In this document: positions 12,351 through 22,074 of the stretch, piece after piece
Numbering within the stretch: position 1 is the stretch's first letter
Layout: every line of letters starts with the position of its first letter
Assembly: GCA_963787255.1 (NCBI GenBank)
Contig: CAWBCJ010000025.1
Location: 224,001 to 288,000 of the forward strand
Source: Methanobacteriota archaeon
GTDB lineage: Archaea > Methanobacteriota > Methanobacteria > Methanobacteriales > Methanobacteriaceae
Length of the DNA: 64,000 nt
Direction: 5' to 3'
The notes under the pieces: generated by a model
The model's input: the letters and a program-made list of their open reading frames with translations, nothing else
The model's database searches: none
Told to the model about the DNA's origin: nothing
Translations under genes and position numbers: made by a program

Positions 12351-13262
12351 ATGAAAAAATTAGATGTTGTAGGGTTTGGAGCATTAAATGTTGATAAACT
12401 TTATAATGTGAATAAGATAACACATGAAGATGAAGAAGCCTTTATCACTGATTTTAATCAATTTTGCGGTGGATCTGCAGCAAATACAATTATTGGTCTT
12501 TCAAAACTTGGAATGAAAACAGGATTTATAGGTAAAGTATCTAATGACACTGATGGAAATATTTTACTTAAAAATTTAAAGGACGAAAATGTAAATACTG
12601 ATGGAATTATCATCAATGAATATGGTAGAAGTGGTGAAGTCCTTGGATTTGTAGATAAAGAAGGGCAAAGGGCGTTATATGTAGATCCGGGGGTTAATGA
12701 TTTAATTCAGCCTAAAGAAATTAATTTAGATTATTTGGAAGATTCTAAAATTTTACATCTTACATCCTTTGTTGGAGAATCAATTAAAGCTCAAGAATAT
12801 ATTTTAACTGAAATTCCAGATAATATTACGGTTAGTCTTGATCCTGGTAGAATCTATGCAGAAAGAGGTATGAATTTCCTTAAAAATATTTTAAAGAGAA
12901 CAGATATTATCCTTATTAATGAAGAAGAATTAAAACATTTAACTGGTAATAAATATAATACATATGAAGAAAGGGTTGAAGTACTATTTGAACATGATAT
13001 AAAGATTGTTGTGGTAAAAAGAGGAGATAAAGGTTCTTATATTACGAACGGCATGGAAAGTTATATTATAGGACCAGTTGAAGTTAATTGCATTGATACA
13101 ACGGGTGCAGGAGATGCATTTAATGCCGGGTTCCTTTATGGATTTAATAAAGGAGAAGATATTTATAAATCCGGTCAAATAGGGAACTTCGTCGCATCAT
13201 GTTGTATACAGGAATCAGGGGCAATAAAGGGATTACCAAAAATTAATGAATTAATTGAATGA
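12351..13262 (+). CDS. ehaT: PfkB/ribokinase-family carbohydrate kinase (EhaT)
   Basis: GGSAAN and DTTGAGDAFNAGF PfkB signatures. Confidence 0.88.
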   Translation: MKKLDVVGFGALNVDKLYNVNKITHEDEEAFITDFNQFCGGSAANTIIGLSKLGMKTGFIGKVSNDTDGNILLKNLKDENVNTDGIIINEYGRSGEVLGFVDKEGQRALYVDPGVNDLIQPKEINLDYLEDSKILHLTSFVGESIKAQEYILTEIPDNITVSLDPGRIYAERGMNFLKNILKRTDIILINEEELKHLTGNKYNTYEERVEVLFEHDIKIVVVKRGDKGSYITNGMESYIIGPVEVNCIDTTGAGDAFNAGFLYGFNKGEDIYKSGQIGNFVASCCIQESGAIKGLPKINELIE

Positions 13263-13301
13263 ATGATTTAGTGAAATTCATCTAACCTAAGGGTGTATAT
13301 T

Positions 13302-14057
13302 ATGGATATAACATTTAAAAAGGACAAAAAAGTACTGAAAGAGGAAGTTATCCATAAATCTATGGATTTAGAAGACAGTGAATTTAAACCAGAAATCGAA
13401 GAGTGCCAGTTGGAAGGGAAATTTATAACTATTTCTCCAGAGTGTATAAGATGTAATTTATGTGTGGAAGAATGTCCAGTAGATGCAATAGCGGAAGCTA
13501 AATCAACTAAACCGGCTAAAATACTTGAAAACTGTGTGAAATGCGAGATATGCGCTCAAACTTGTCCTGTAAAGAGTATAAATGTCACTGAAAGTACATC
13601 ATATGTCAATGAGGATGATGTCAAATACCGCCTCAGAGATTTAAAAATACCTCATAGAACTTTGAGAATGAAAAACATAGAGATAAATGAGGAAAAATGC
13701 GATTCATGTGCAACGTGTGTTAAGTTTTGTCCTACAGGTGCAATAAAAGTTGAAGATGGGCAAAATGCAGTAGTGGATGTTGATGCATGTGTTGGATGCG
13801 GTGCATGTGTTAGTGTATGTCCAGAGGATGCAGTAGAACTTGAAAGGGAATTAGGTAGGGTTATAAAGACAAAAGAACTTTCAATTGACAAAGATGCATG
13901 TGTTTCGTGCCAGGTTTGTGAGGAAAACTGTCCAGTAGAGGCAATTAAACTTGAAAATGATGAAATAGTATTTTTAGAAGATAAATGTATTTTATGTGAA
14001 GTATGTTCAAATAAATGTCCTGTAGGTGCATTAAAACTTGAGAGGTTGTCCCAATGA
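13302..14057 (+). CDS. Polyferredoxin, 6x[4Fe-4S]
   Basis: Six CxxCxxCxxxCP motifs. GGGTG RBS before ATG 13302. Confidence 0.9.
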   Translation: MDITFKKDKKVLKEEVIHKSMDLEDSEFKPEIEECQLEGKFITISPECIRCNLCVEECPVDAIAEAKSTKPAKILENCVKCEICAQTCPVKSINVTESTSYVNEDDVKYRLRDLKIPHRTLRMKNIEINEEKCDSCATCVKFCPTGAIKVEDGQNAVVDVDACVGCGACVSVCPEDAVELERELGRVIKTKELSIDKDACVSCQVCEENCPVEAIKLENDEIVFLEDKCILCEVCSNKCPVGALKLERLSQ

Positions 14058-14689
14058 AAGTTAAGGAAATTATGGATAAGGAATATATATACGTATCTCC
14101 GGATCAAGACATTGTAGAAGTATCAATAATAATGGAAAAGCGTAAAAAGTTTACAACACCGGTTGTAGATGATGATAAACGTCTGGTGGGATGGATAACT
14201 TCTCTTGATGTTACGAGGGGATTAAGGGAAGGTCATAAGAAAGTATCTGATATCATGCATTCTAAAGATGATATAGTTCATGTTCATGAAGATGATCCGG
14301 CTAGGTTAGCTGTTTTAGAAACTTCAAAGCACAAAGTAGTTAGTATTCCCGTTTTAGATGATAATGATATTGTAGTTGGAGTTATAAGAACATTTGATAT
14401 AGTAGAAACGCTTTCACATCTCTATGAGATTAAGGTTTACAAGATATTTGAAGCGATGGCCGAAGAACTCAAAGGGGTAAGTTGGGATGAGCTTATGGAA
14501 GCTGCTGCAATTATTACAAGGCGAAGAACTGGGAAAAGAATAAAACCAGAGGAATATGAAAAAAGAATTAGAGAATCAACCTTTGGAGAAGCTATATGGG
14601 CTACTGGTGGCCTTGAAAAGTTTTTTGTGGGTCTTATAGCAATTGGTGAGCTTGTAATCGCAAGAAAGGTTGCTAGAGCTCGGAAATAA
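14054..14689 (+). CDS. CBS-pair domain protein with a C-terminal helical extension
   Basis: MKVKEIM...PVVDDDKRLVGWIT...VSDIM...PVLDDNDIVVGVI tandem CBS. ATGA overlap with the polyferredoxin. Confidence 0.88.
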   Translation: MKVKEIMDKEYIYVSPDQDIVEVSIIMEKRKKFTTPVVDDDKRLVGWITSLDVTRGLREGHKKVSDIMHSKDDIVHVHEDDPARLAVLETSKHKVVSIPVLDDNDIVVGVIRTFDIVETLSHLYEIKVYKIFEAMAEELKGVSWDELMEAAAIITRRRTGKRIKPEEYEKRIRESTFGEAIWATGGLEKFFVGLIAIGELVIARKVARARK

Positions 14690-14735
14690 TCTTATTTTAT
14701 TTCCTTTTTTTCTTATTTTCATTTCTTTCTCCTAC
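14690..14735 (+). terminator. Oligo-T terminator region at the end of the eha-polyferredoxin-CBS unit
   Basis: Long pyrimidine/T tracts directly after the stop codon. Confidence 0.5.
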
Positions 14736-14909
14736 TTTTAAAAATCCATTTAAATGAATTTAATTAATCATTTAATGCTTTTTTTCAATGGATTTCTCCT
14801 TCTTTCGACAATCTTTAGATATTTTCGAAAAAGCACTATTATAGTAATACTAATATACTTTAAAATATTAATAATATATTATTTGTTTATTAAGATGCTA
14901 GGGGATAAA

Positions 14910-15365
14910 ATGAAAAAACAAAAAAAGATTGTTACATCAGTAACAATTGATCCTGCAATGAAAAAAAAGGCTGATGAACTTCACATAAATTACAGTGAAG
15001 CATTTGAAAAAGGCCTTAAAATTATGTTAACTCTTAAAAACAAGGAATATGGACGAAAAGAAAGTATTGAAGAACAGAGAAAGAAAGTAATGGATTTAAA
15101 AGCTCAAATGAAATTTGGCGAAGACTTATCCGACGCAATTAATGAAATAAAATCAGAATACAGCGATATAATGGCTCCAGGTGAGGATATAAATAACAAC
15201 GAATACATGCTGGAATTAATAAAACTTAAGGCCATGGAGCTTGACATTCCAGATAAGGCTTTAAAACATTTATTTAAATACATGATTCTAGGTAAAACAA
15301 CAAAAAGAGAAATAGAGAAATTTAAAAAGGGCGACATTAATTTATTTATTGAAACTACTGTATAA
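14910..15365 (+). CDS. Ribbon-helix-helix/CcdA-like DNA-binding protein with a coiled-coil C-terminus
   Basis: GGGGAT RBS and ATG 14910. N-terminal TSVTIDPAMKKKADELHINYSEAFEKGL matches the RHH/CcdA-type strand-helix-helix pattern. Confidence 0.6.
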   Translation: MKKQKKIVTSVTIDPAMKKKADELHINYSEAFEKGLKIMLTLKNKEYGRKESIEEQRKKVMDLKAQMKFGEDLSDAINEIKSEYSDIMAPGEDINNNEYMLELIKLKAMELDIPDKALKHLFKYMILGKTTKREIEKFKKGDINLFIETTV

Positions 15366-15388
15366 AAAAAAATCTGAACTAACATAAT

Positions 15389-16986
15389 TTAAATTGTATT
15401 GGGGAATTTAATTTCAAAGGTAGTTCCTTTTTATTAATTATTCTGATATTCCCATTTATCTGATTAACAAGAGTAGTTACTATTAAAAAACCTAAGGTAC
15501 CATTATTTTCCAGATTTTTATCATCAGGCATTCCAATTCCATTGTCAATTACTTTAATGATTAATTCATTTTCATTTGAACTCAAATTAATACATATCTC
15601 ATCTTTCAAATTTTTGGACTTCTTGTATTTATATTGCTTATCTGGACTTTCAAATAGATCTGTTGTTGTTTCAAGACATTCAGTGGCAGGACTTACAGAT
15701 AATTCATATATACGTCCAAATATATCATTTAATGGATTTGAAAATTCTTTATTTTCAGGTTAGCAGATTTAGGCTGCTGGAAAAGCATATTTAATGGATT
15801 TGTAATTAATTCATAATAATTAATCCACAGGGAATTGCAGTATCTAAACCCAAAAATAAATCTTCACCTTCAACCTTTAAGTTAATATCATGTGCATCAA
15901 ATGAGTTTAAAAGGTGTAATGCTATCTCTTTTGTATACTCTTTAAAGTTAATTTTTGTGAAATCTTTAGAGCCGTACAATTTTTCATGAACTATGGCCAT
16001 GGATTTAACACGTTCTTGGCTTTCCTTTAAAATACTGATACTATTCTTGTCTTTAACGTATAGGGATTGAAGTCCCAATAAACTGGAAATAATCTGCATA
16101 TTATTTTTTATTCTGTGATGGATTTCCTTTAAAAGAATTTCTTTTTCTTCCAATGACTTTTTTCAGCTTTTTTTCAGCTTTTTTACGTTCTGTAACATCT
16201 CTCCATGCTACTGCAAATCCATCTCCCAATTTAACAGCCCTTATATCAAATGCCTGGAATAATTTTGTCTCTCCAGATACATTCTCGTAAATTAAAGATT
16301 CCTTTAAAAGAGGGTATTCCTGTTTCAACTACTTCAACATATTCATGGAATAATCCTAAATTTTTATTATCCGGAAATATTTCTAAAAGGTTATAACCTA
16401 CCTGTTCTCCATACGTTTTTTGATTTAATTTACATCCAACTTCATTGATATATTCAAATTTGAAATCGATTATCGTATTATTTTCTCTAACTGCAGAAAA
16501 AATAGCAAAAGCATCAAGTAATGTTTCTAAAGATATACGAAATTTCCTTTCATGTTTCTAATAATGCTCTTTCTACTCCTTTACGTTCATTTATGTCAAT
16601 TACAGACATTTTAAAACGATTTTCATTTCTTTTAAAGATTATCGCAATTTGAGTCCAAAAGGAATTTCCATCATTTTTAATTAATTTAAGTTCACAGTAG
16701 CTGATTTAAACCTGTTTTTACAGCATCAGTACATATGCGGCGATATTGATCATGAAATCTCTAGATTAATGAATTTAATAAATTCTTTTTGTATTATATC
16801 TGATTTATCAATGCCTAATAATGCAGCACCTTTAGAATTAACATTTAATGTCATTCCATTTTTATCTAAAATAAAATACCCTGCAGGGGTGAAATCATAG
16901 AAATCATGATAATCTATCTCCAATTCGTTATCTTGGAGACTAATTATATTCTTTTTATGTGATTTTTGTTCATTAATTTTGATCAC
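15389..16986 (-). pseudogene. PAS-PAS-HisKA_2-HATPase sensor histidine kinase, broken by many frameshifts and stops
   Basis: Fragments read in order: PAS (DFYDFTPAGYFILD), PAS (LETLLDAFAIF...FEYINE, VAWRDVTERK), H-box [21 protein letters not shown]-box (N)ELITN.IKYAFP, G1 DNGIG, TLGF and GTTFEIKF. About 8 or more disruptions. Confidence 0.8.
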
Positions 16987-17014
16987 CTAATCTCTTTAAA
17001 ATCATTAGGTTGTT

Positions 17015-18373
17015 TTATGATCTAATTCCAAAAATAACTTTAATTTCTGACTTTTTATTCTCATTAAATCCAATGGTACCATGCTGCTGTTTTACTAACG
17101 TGCTAACCAATTTAGAGCTTGAATTTTTGGCTTCCATCAGTTCAGGATAGTTATTGTAATTATCATTAATGATAAGAATGAATTTGTTATTATCTAGATG
17201 AAAATCAATGTTTATGCTGCATACATTTTCATTAAAATGAATATTATTAATAGAACTCTTTAAGAGTTCATTTATAATCAATCCATAGGAAAGTGAGGTA
17301 TTTAGATCAAGCATTATATTTTCAATGTTTAAATTGATATCCAATGCATGATTTAAGTTATATGAACCTGTTAAATCTTCAACTAAGCTTTCAACGTATT
17401 GGGCAAAGTCAACAAACGCAAAATCATCTTGAAATATCTCTAAATCATCATTGTTTAATTTATTTTGATTAATTTCTTCTTTAAATTCTATATTTTCTTT
17501 TATGTTTTCTGTATGTTCTAAATTGATTAGCTTAAAAATTTTATTATAATTATTTTGAAGATGACTATTAATTTCTTCTAGAAGCATTTCTTTGTGAATT
17601 AGTGATTCTTTAATTTTATGATGTTTATTTTTATGATGGGAAATATTATAGAAAGTACATAAAGTTCGTTTAGAATCATTATCTTCATCATAAATATTTC
17701 TAATTTCAAATTCTACTGTTAAATTTGATCCATCTTTGCATAACATTGTAAATTCTGTTTTTTGACGGCCAATGTCTTTATAATGGTTCCAATTTTCTTT
17801 AAACTTATGATAATCAGTAGATGCAAGAAAATTACCGAAATATTGGCTAATAACATCTTTTCTTGAGTAACCAAGAGTATCTAGCCATGTTTGATTTATT
17901 TCAGTAATATAACCTTCTTCATTCAGTATTTGGTAGGCTATTGGGGCATTATAGTATAATAATCTGAATTTTTTTTCTTTTTCTTTAAGTTTTAGCTCCA
18001 TTTTGTGTTTATAAAGTGCTATTTCAATAGCATATCTTACTTCCTTCTCATCAAATGGTTTTAAAATATAAGCATAGGGTTCAGTAATTTTCGCGCTTTG
18101 AAGAGTTTTTTCATCTCCAAAGGCGGTAATATAAATTATAGGTATGTCTAAAGTTTTTTTAATTTCTTTTGCTGCTTCTATACCATTTATTTTACCATTT
18201 AATATTATATCCATTAAAATTAAGTCCGGTTTTAGTGCAATGGCTTTTTGAATTGCTTCTTCACCAGATGATGCCATTGATGGAACTTTATATCCTCTAT
18301 TTTTTAATTTATTCTTAAGTTCAATTGCAGTTAGGCCTTCATCTTCTACAATTAGTATTCGGGGAGTAGTCAT
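17015..18373 (-). CDS. Response regulator REC-PAS fused to a degenerate HisKA_2/HATPase (pseudokinase)
   Basis: ILIVEDE...DLILMDI...ITAF...KPF receiver domain and a PAS domain. The kinase part lacks the H-box His (EINSHLQNN) and the G-box (INDNYNNY). Confidence 0.85.
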   Translation of the reverse strand: MTTPRILIVEDEGLTAIELKNKLKNRGYKVPSMASSGEEAIQKAIALKPDLILMDIILNGKINGIEAAKEIKKTLDIPIIYITAFGDEKTLQSAKITEPYAYILKPFDEKEVRYAIEIALYKHKMELKLKEKEKKFRLLYYNAPIAYQILNEEGYITEINQTWLDTLGYSRKDVISQYFGNFLASTDYHKFKENWNHYKDIGRQKTEFTMLCKDGSNLTVEFEIRNIYDEDNDSKRTLCTFYNISHHKNKHHKIKESLIHKEMLLEEINSHLQNNYNKIFKLINLEHTENIKENIEFKEEINQNKLNNDDLEIFQDDFAFVDFAQYVESLVEDLTGSYNLNHALDINLNIENIMLDLNTSLSYGLIINELLKSSINNIHFNENVCSINIDFHLDNNKFILIINDNYNNYPELMEAKNSSSKLVSTLVKQQHGTIGFNENKKSEIKVIFGIRS

Positions 18374-18745
18374 TTTAAAACCATATATAATTAAATAGTA
18401 CTAATCAGTGTCTTTTTATCTATTTTTGATAGTACTTATTACTTTTGATTACTATAATATTAACTTAATAACTCGAAAATACAGATAATTGGTTCTAATA
18501 CATTAAAGATCAAAATTAATTCCTCTTAAGAAATTTAGAGATAATTAGTTTTAAATTTTATATACAAGTATACTATTTAAAAATACAACAAAAAAATAAT
18601 AATAATAATTAATATGACTTAAATTTTTCAAAGCATTAAATGTGAAAAGTTATTAAACATTATATATCAATAAAAAAAGGAAAAAATACTAAATTTCTAT
18701 CCAAATACACATTAAATTTTAAGATATAAGGTAGGAAGCCAGAAT

Positions 18746-20221
18746 ATGTGTGGAATTGCAGGAATTACTGGAGATAACATCTCAGAAAAACTTTACAAAA
18801 TGCTTATTTCCATAAAACACAGAGGTCCGGATGGATCTGGTGTATTTGTTGATAATAAAGTGATTTATGATAATTTAGACAATCTAAAAGTCCCACAAGG
18901 AAAATTTGGAATGGGACAAAATCTACTTTCTATTGTCGGATGCGAAGGTTCACAGCCTTTAATCCGTGATAACATGGTTTTAGTTTGTAACGGAGAAATA
19001 TATAATTTTAAGGAACTTAAAAAACAATTCAAAGACGAATTTAAATCAGATTCAGACTGTGAAGTAATATTAAATCTCATCATCAGATTCCACAACAGTT
19101 CACTTTTTGAAGCTGTGGAAAAAGCCATAAAATATCTTGATGGAGATTATGCATTTGCAGTGTATGATGGAGAAAACTTTGCAGCTGTTAGAGATATGGT
19201 AGGGGTTAAACCACTTTATTTTGGAGAGGATAAAGATAAAAACATCTTCGCATTTGCCTCAGAAAGGAAAGCAATATGGAAAATTGGTATAAACAACGTT
19301 GAAACTTTGAATCCTGATTCAATGATATATAATGGTAAATTATTAAAATTAAAAGATAACTTAGAAAAAAGAATTAATTTAGAAGCATCAGAAAGTCAAA
19401 AATCTCCATATTTATCCAGAAACGAATTTAAAGAACAACTAAAGAATAATTTAATTAAATCAGTAGAAAAAAGAGTCAGAGGCCTTAAAGAAGTTGGAAT
19501 ACTATTTTCAGCAGGAATAGACAGTACTATTTTAGCAAAAATTACTGACGATCTTGGAATTAAAACTACTCTATATTGTGTAGGACACGAAGATTCAATT
19601 GATATTAAATTTGCTAAGAAAACTGCTCAGAAAATGAATCTTCCTCTAAAAACAAAGATCATTGATTTAATAGATGTTAAAAACTATTTAATTCCCGTAT
19701 TGGACGCAATAGAGGAATTTAACGTCATGAAAATAGGTGTGGGAATGCCAGCATACATTGCATCAGAAATGGCTCATGAAGAAGGTTTAAAAGTCATGTT
19801 ATCAGGTCAGGGTGCAGATGAACTTTTTGCAGGATACAACCGCTATTTAGGATTTTATGAAGAAAAAGGAGAACTTACACAGGAAGATTTAAAAAAAGAC
19901 ATCTTAAATCTGTACCATGTTAACCTTCAGCGTGATGACGCTGTTACAATGGCTAACAGCATTGAATTAAGAGTTCCATATCTTGATCTAGATATTATAA
20001 ATACAGCAATAAATATACCTATGAAATATAAAATAAATGGAAAAACGGATAAATTAAGAAAATGCATCCTTAGAGAAGTAGGTGCAGAACTAGGAATACC
20101 TGCAGAAATTGTGAACAGGCCTAAAAAAGCAGCCCAATACGGTTCGGGTATTCATAAAATGCTTAAAAAAGTTTTAAAGGAAGAGCAATACAAACACCTT
20201 TCGGATAAATATAATTGTTAA
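18746..20221 (+). CDS. asnB: Asparagine synthetase B (glutamine-hydrolysing)
   Basis: N-terminal MCGIAG, HRGPD, NGEIYN, SAGIDS, SGQGADELFAGY and ELRVPYLD. Confidence 0.92.
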   Translation: MCGIAGITGDNISEKLYKMLISIKHRGPDGSGVFVDNKVIYDNLDNLKVPQGKFGMGQNLLSIVGCEGSQPLIRDNMVLVCNGEIYNFKELKKQFKDEFKSDSDCEVILNLIIRFHNSSLFEAVEKAIKYLDGDYAFAVYDGENFAAVRDMVGVKPLYFGEDKDKNIFAFASERKAIWKIGINNVETLNPDSMIYNGKLLKLKDNLEKRINLEASESQKSPYLSRNEFKEQLKNNLIKSVEKRVRGLKEVGILFSAGIDSTILAKITDDLGIKTTLYCVGHEDSIDIKFAKKTAQKMNLPLKTKIIDLIDVKNYLIPVLDAIEEFNVMKIGVGMPAYIASEMAHEEGLKVMLSGQGADELFAGYNRYLGFYEEKGELTQEDLKKDILNLYHVNLQRDDAVTMANSIELRVPYLDLDIINTAINIPMKYKINGKTDKLRKCILREVGAELGIPAEIVNRPKKAAQYGSGIHKMLKKVLKEEQYKHLSDKYNC

Positions 20222-20249
20222 TATAAATTTTTATAAGGAGTCATTAGTA

Positions 20250-20462
20250 ATGAAAATAGAAAAAGAAGCAGAAGAGATATTAAAAAAATTCTCAAAGGCA
20301 CTGGAAAATATCCCTGAACTCGAAGAAACCCATTACATAGTCGATAACGTTAATTTAACACGTCCTGACTGCGGGGAAGAAAAAAATCCCGAAAAAATCC
20401 TTAGAAATGCACAGTTAGACGAAGATGGTAATGTTATAGCTGAAAAGAGTAAATGGAAATAA
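20250..20462 (+). CDS. gatC: Asp-tRNA(Asn) amidotransferase subunit C (archaeal type)
   Basis: MKIEKEAEEIL..FSKALENIPELEETHYIVDNVNLTRPD, the archaeal GatC pattern. Confidence 0.8.
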   Translation: MKIEKEAEEILKKFSKALENIPELEETHYIVDNVNLTRPDCGEEKNPEKILRNAQLDEDGNVIAEKSKWK

Positions 20463-20492
20463 AATATTAAATATAACAGGAGAGAGTAAAAA

Positions 20493-20981
20493 ATGAGGTT
20501 GAATCTTGTTTTAGAGCTTTTGGATATTCCTGGCCAATTAATGGATGCTTTAGAACCTGTAGGAAGGCTTGGTGCAAATATTGTAACAGTTATTCACCAA
20601 AGGGATGTTAAAACTGAAAGAGGTACCGTACCTGTTCAAATTACAATAGAAGGGGATGAAGAAACCCTTGATAAAGTTATAAATACTCTTGAAAGTCAAG
20701 ATATTCAAATAATGGAAATTGATGGTGTTTTAAGAAAAGAAACAATAAGAACAATTTTAATTGGAGATATAGTAGATAAAGACGTTAAAAATGCTCTTAA
20801 AAAGTTCAATGATATTGAAGGAGTTAAAGTAGTAGATTTTAACTTAAAGATGTCAGACCATCCCGAAAAATCTGCCTCAAAATTCATAATTGAAGCAGAA
20901 TATGGTAAAAGAAGGGAAATAATGAAAAAAATAAAGGAAGTTGGAACTTCTTATGGCTTTTTAGTAATAAATGAAGTTTAA
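20493..20981 (+). CDS. ACT-domain protein (putative allosteric regulator of homoserine dehydrogenase)
   Basis: LELLDIPGQL...GANIVTVIH ACT motif, directly upstream of hom. Confidence 0.85.
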   Translation: MRLNLVLELLDIPGQLMDALEPVGRLGANIVTVIHQRDVKTERGTVPVQITIEGDEETLDKVINTLESQDIQIMEIDGVLRKETIRTILIGDIVDKDVKNALKKFNDIEGVKVVDFNLKMSDHPEKSASKFIIEAEYGKRREIMKKIKEVGTSYGFLVINEV

Positions 20982-21007
20982 ATCTTCTACCATTTTGGGG
21001 GAATTGA

Positions 21008-22015
21008 ATGAAAGTATGTATTTTAGGTTTTGGAGCGGTTGGAAAAGGAGTGGCAAAGGTCTTTTCCATTAAAAAAGAGGAAGTCAAAGAAAAATATGGA
21101 ATAGATCTTAAAATATCAGCAGTTACTGATACTTCCGGAGCCGCAATTTGTGAAAAAGGTTTGGATCCTGATTTATTACTGGAGATAAAGGAAAAAACAG
21201 GAAAAATATCAAATTATCCAGAATACGGTATATCTGGAATTTCAAATTTAGAAGTGCTAGATAAAGCTGATTACGATTGTCTTGTTGAAGTTACCCCTAC
21301 AGACATAGAAGATGGTGAACCGGCCAAAACACATATCTTAAAGGCATTTAACAATAAAAAAGATGTTGTAACATCTAATAAAGGTCCATTAGCGTTGTCA
21401 TTTAGAGAATTAACTAGTTCAGCCCGAGAAAATGGGGTGCAATTTAAATTTGAAGCTTCAGTTGGTGGTGCAATGCCTATTATAAATTTTGCCCATGAAA
21501 CTCTATCTGGCTGTGATATAACTTCAATTTTAGGGATTTTAAATGGTACAACTAATTATATTTTATCAAGAATGGCTAAAGAAGGTTCTTCTTATGAGCA
21601 GATTTTAAAGGAATCTCAAGAATTGGGAATAGCTGAAACTAACCCTGCACAAGATGTTGAAGGTACAGATGCTGCATGTAAAGTAGTTATTCTTGCAAAT
21701 TCTCTAATGGATATGGATGTAAGCCTAAAAGACGTTGAAATAACTGGAATATCAAAAATTACACCAGAATCTATTTCACTTGCAAAAAAAGAAGGTTATC
21801 TAATTAAATTAATTGGGGAAGTGTCATCAGATGCTCTTGAAGTTGCCCCAAGACTGGTAAAAGAAGGTTCACCCTTTGCTGTAGAAGGTACATTGAATGT
21901 CGCAACCCTAAAAACAGACCTTGCAGAAGATGTTACAGTTGTTGGGAAAGGAGCAGGATCAATAGAAACTGCATCAGCTATTTTAAGTGATATTTTAAGC
22001 ATTTATAAATCCTAA
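21008..22015 (+). CDS. hom: Homoserine dehydrogenase
   Basis: [44 protein letters not shown] and GKGAG motifs. Confidence 0.95.
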   Translation: MKVCILGFGAVGKGVAKVFSIKKEEVKEKYGIDLKISAVTDTSGAAICEKGLDPDLLLEIKEKTGKISNYPEYGISGISNLEVLDKADYDCLVEVTPTDIEDGEPAKTHILKAFNNKKDVVTSNKGPLALSFRELTSSARENGVQFKFEASVGGAMPIINFAHETLSGCDITSILGILNGTTNYILSRMAKEGSSYEQILKESQELGIAETNPAQDVEGTDAACKVVILANSLMDMDVSLKDVEITGISKITPESISLAKKEGYLIKLIGEVSSDALEVAPRLVKEGSPFAVEGTLNVATLKTDLAEDVTVVGKGAGSIETASAILSDILSIYKS

Positions 22016-22074
22016 ATATATTAAAGAACATTATTTGCACATTTAGATATTGTATTCCTGGAGATTTTAAGAGC

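Noticed and set aside
14754-14909. 52-aa hydrophobic N-terminal extension of the RHH-like ORF
   Set aside because: AT-rich promoter sequence read in frame. The RBS points to ATG 14910.
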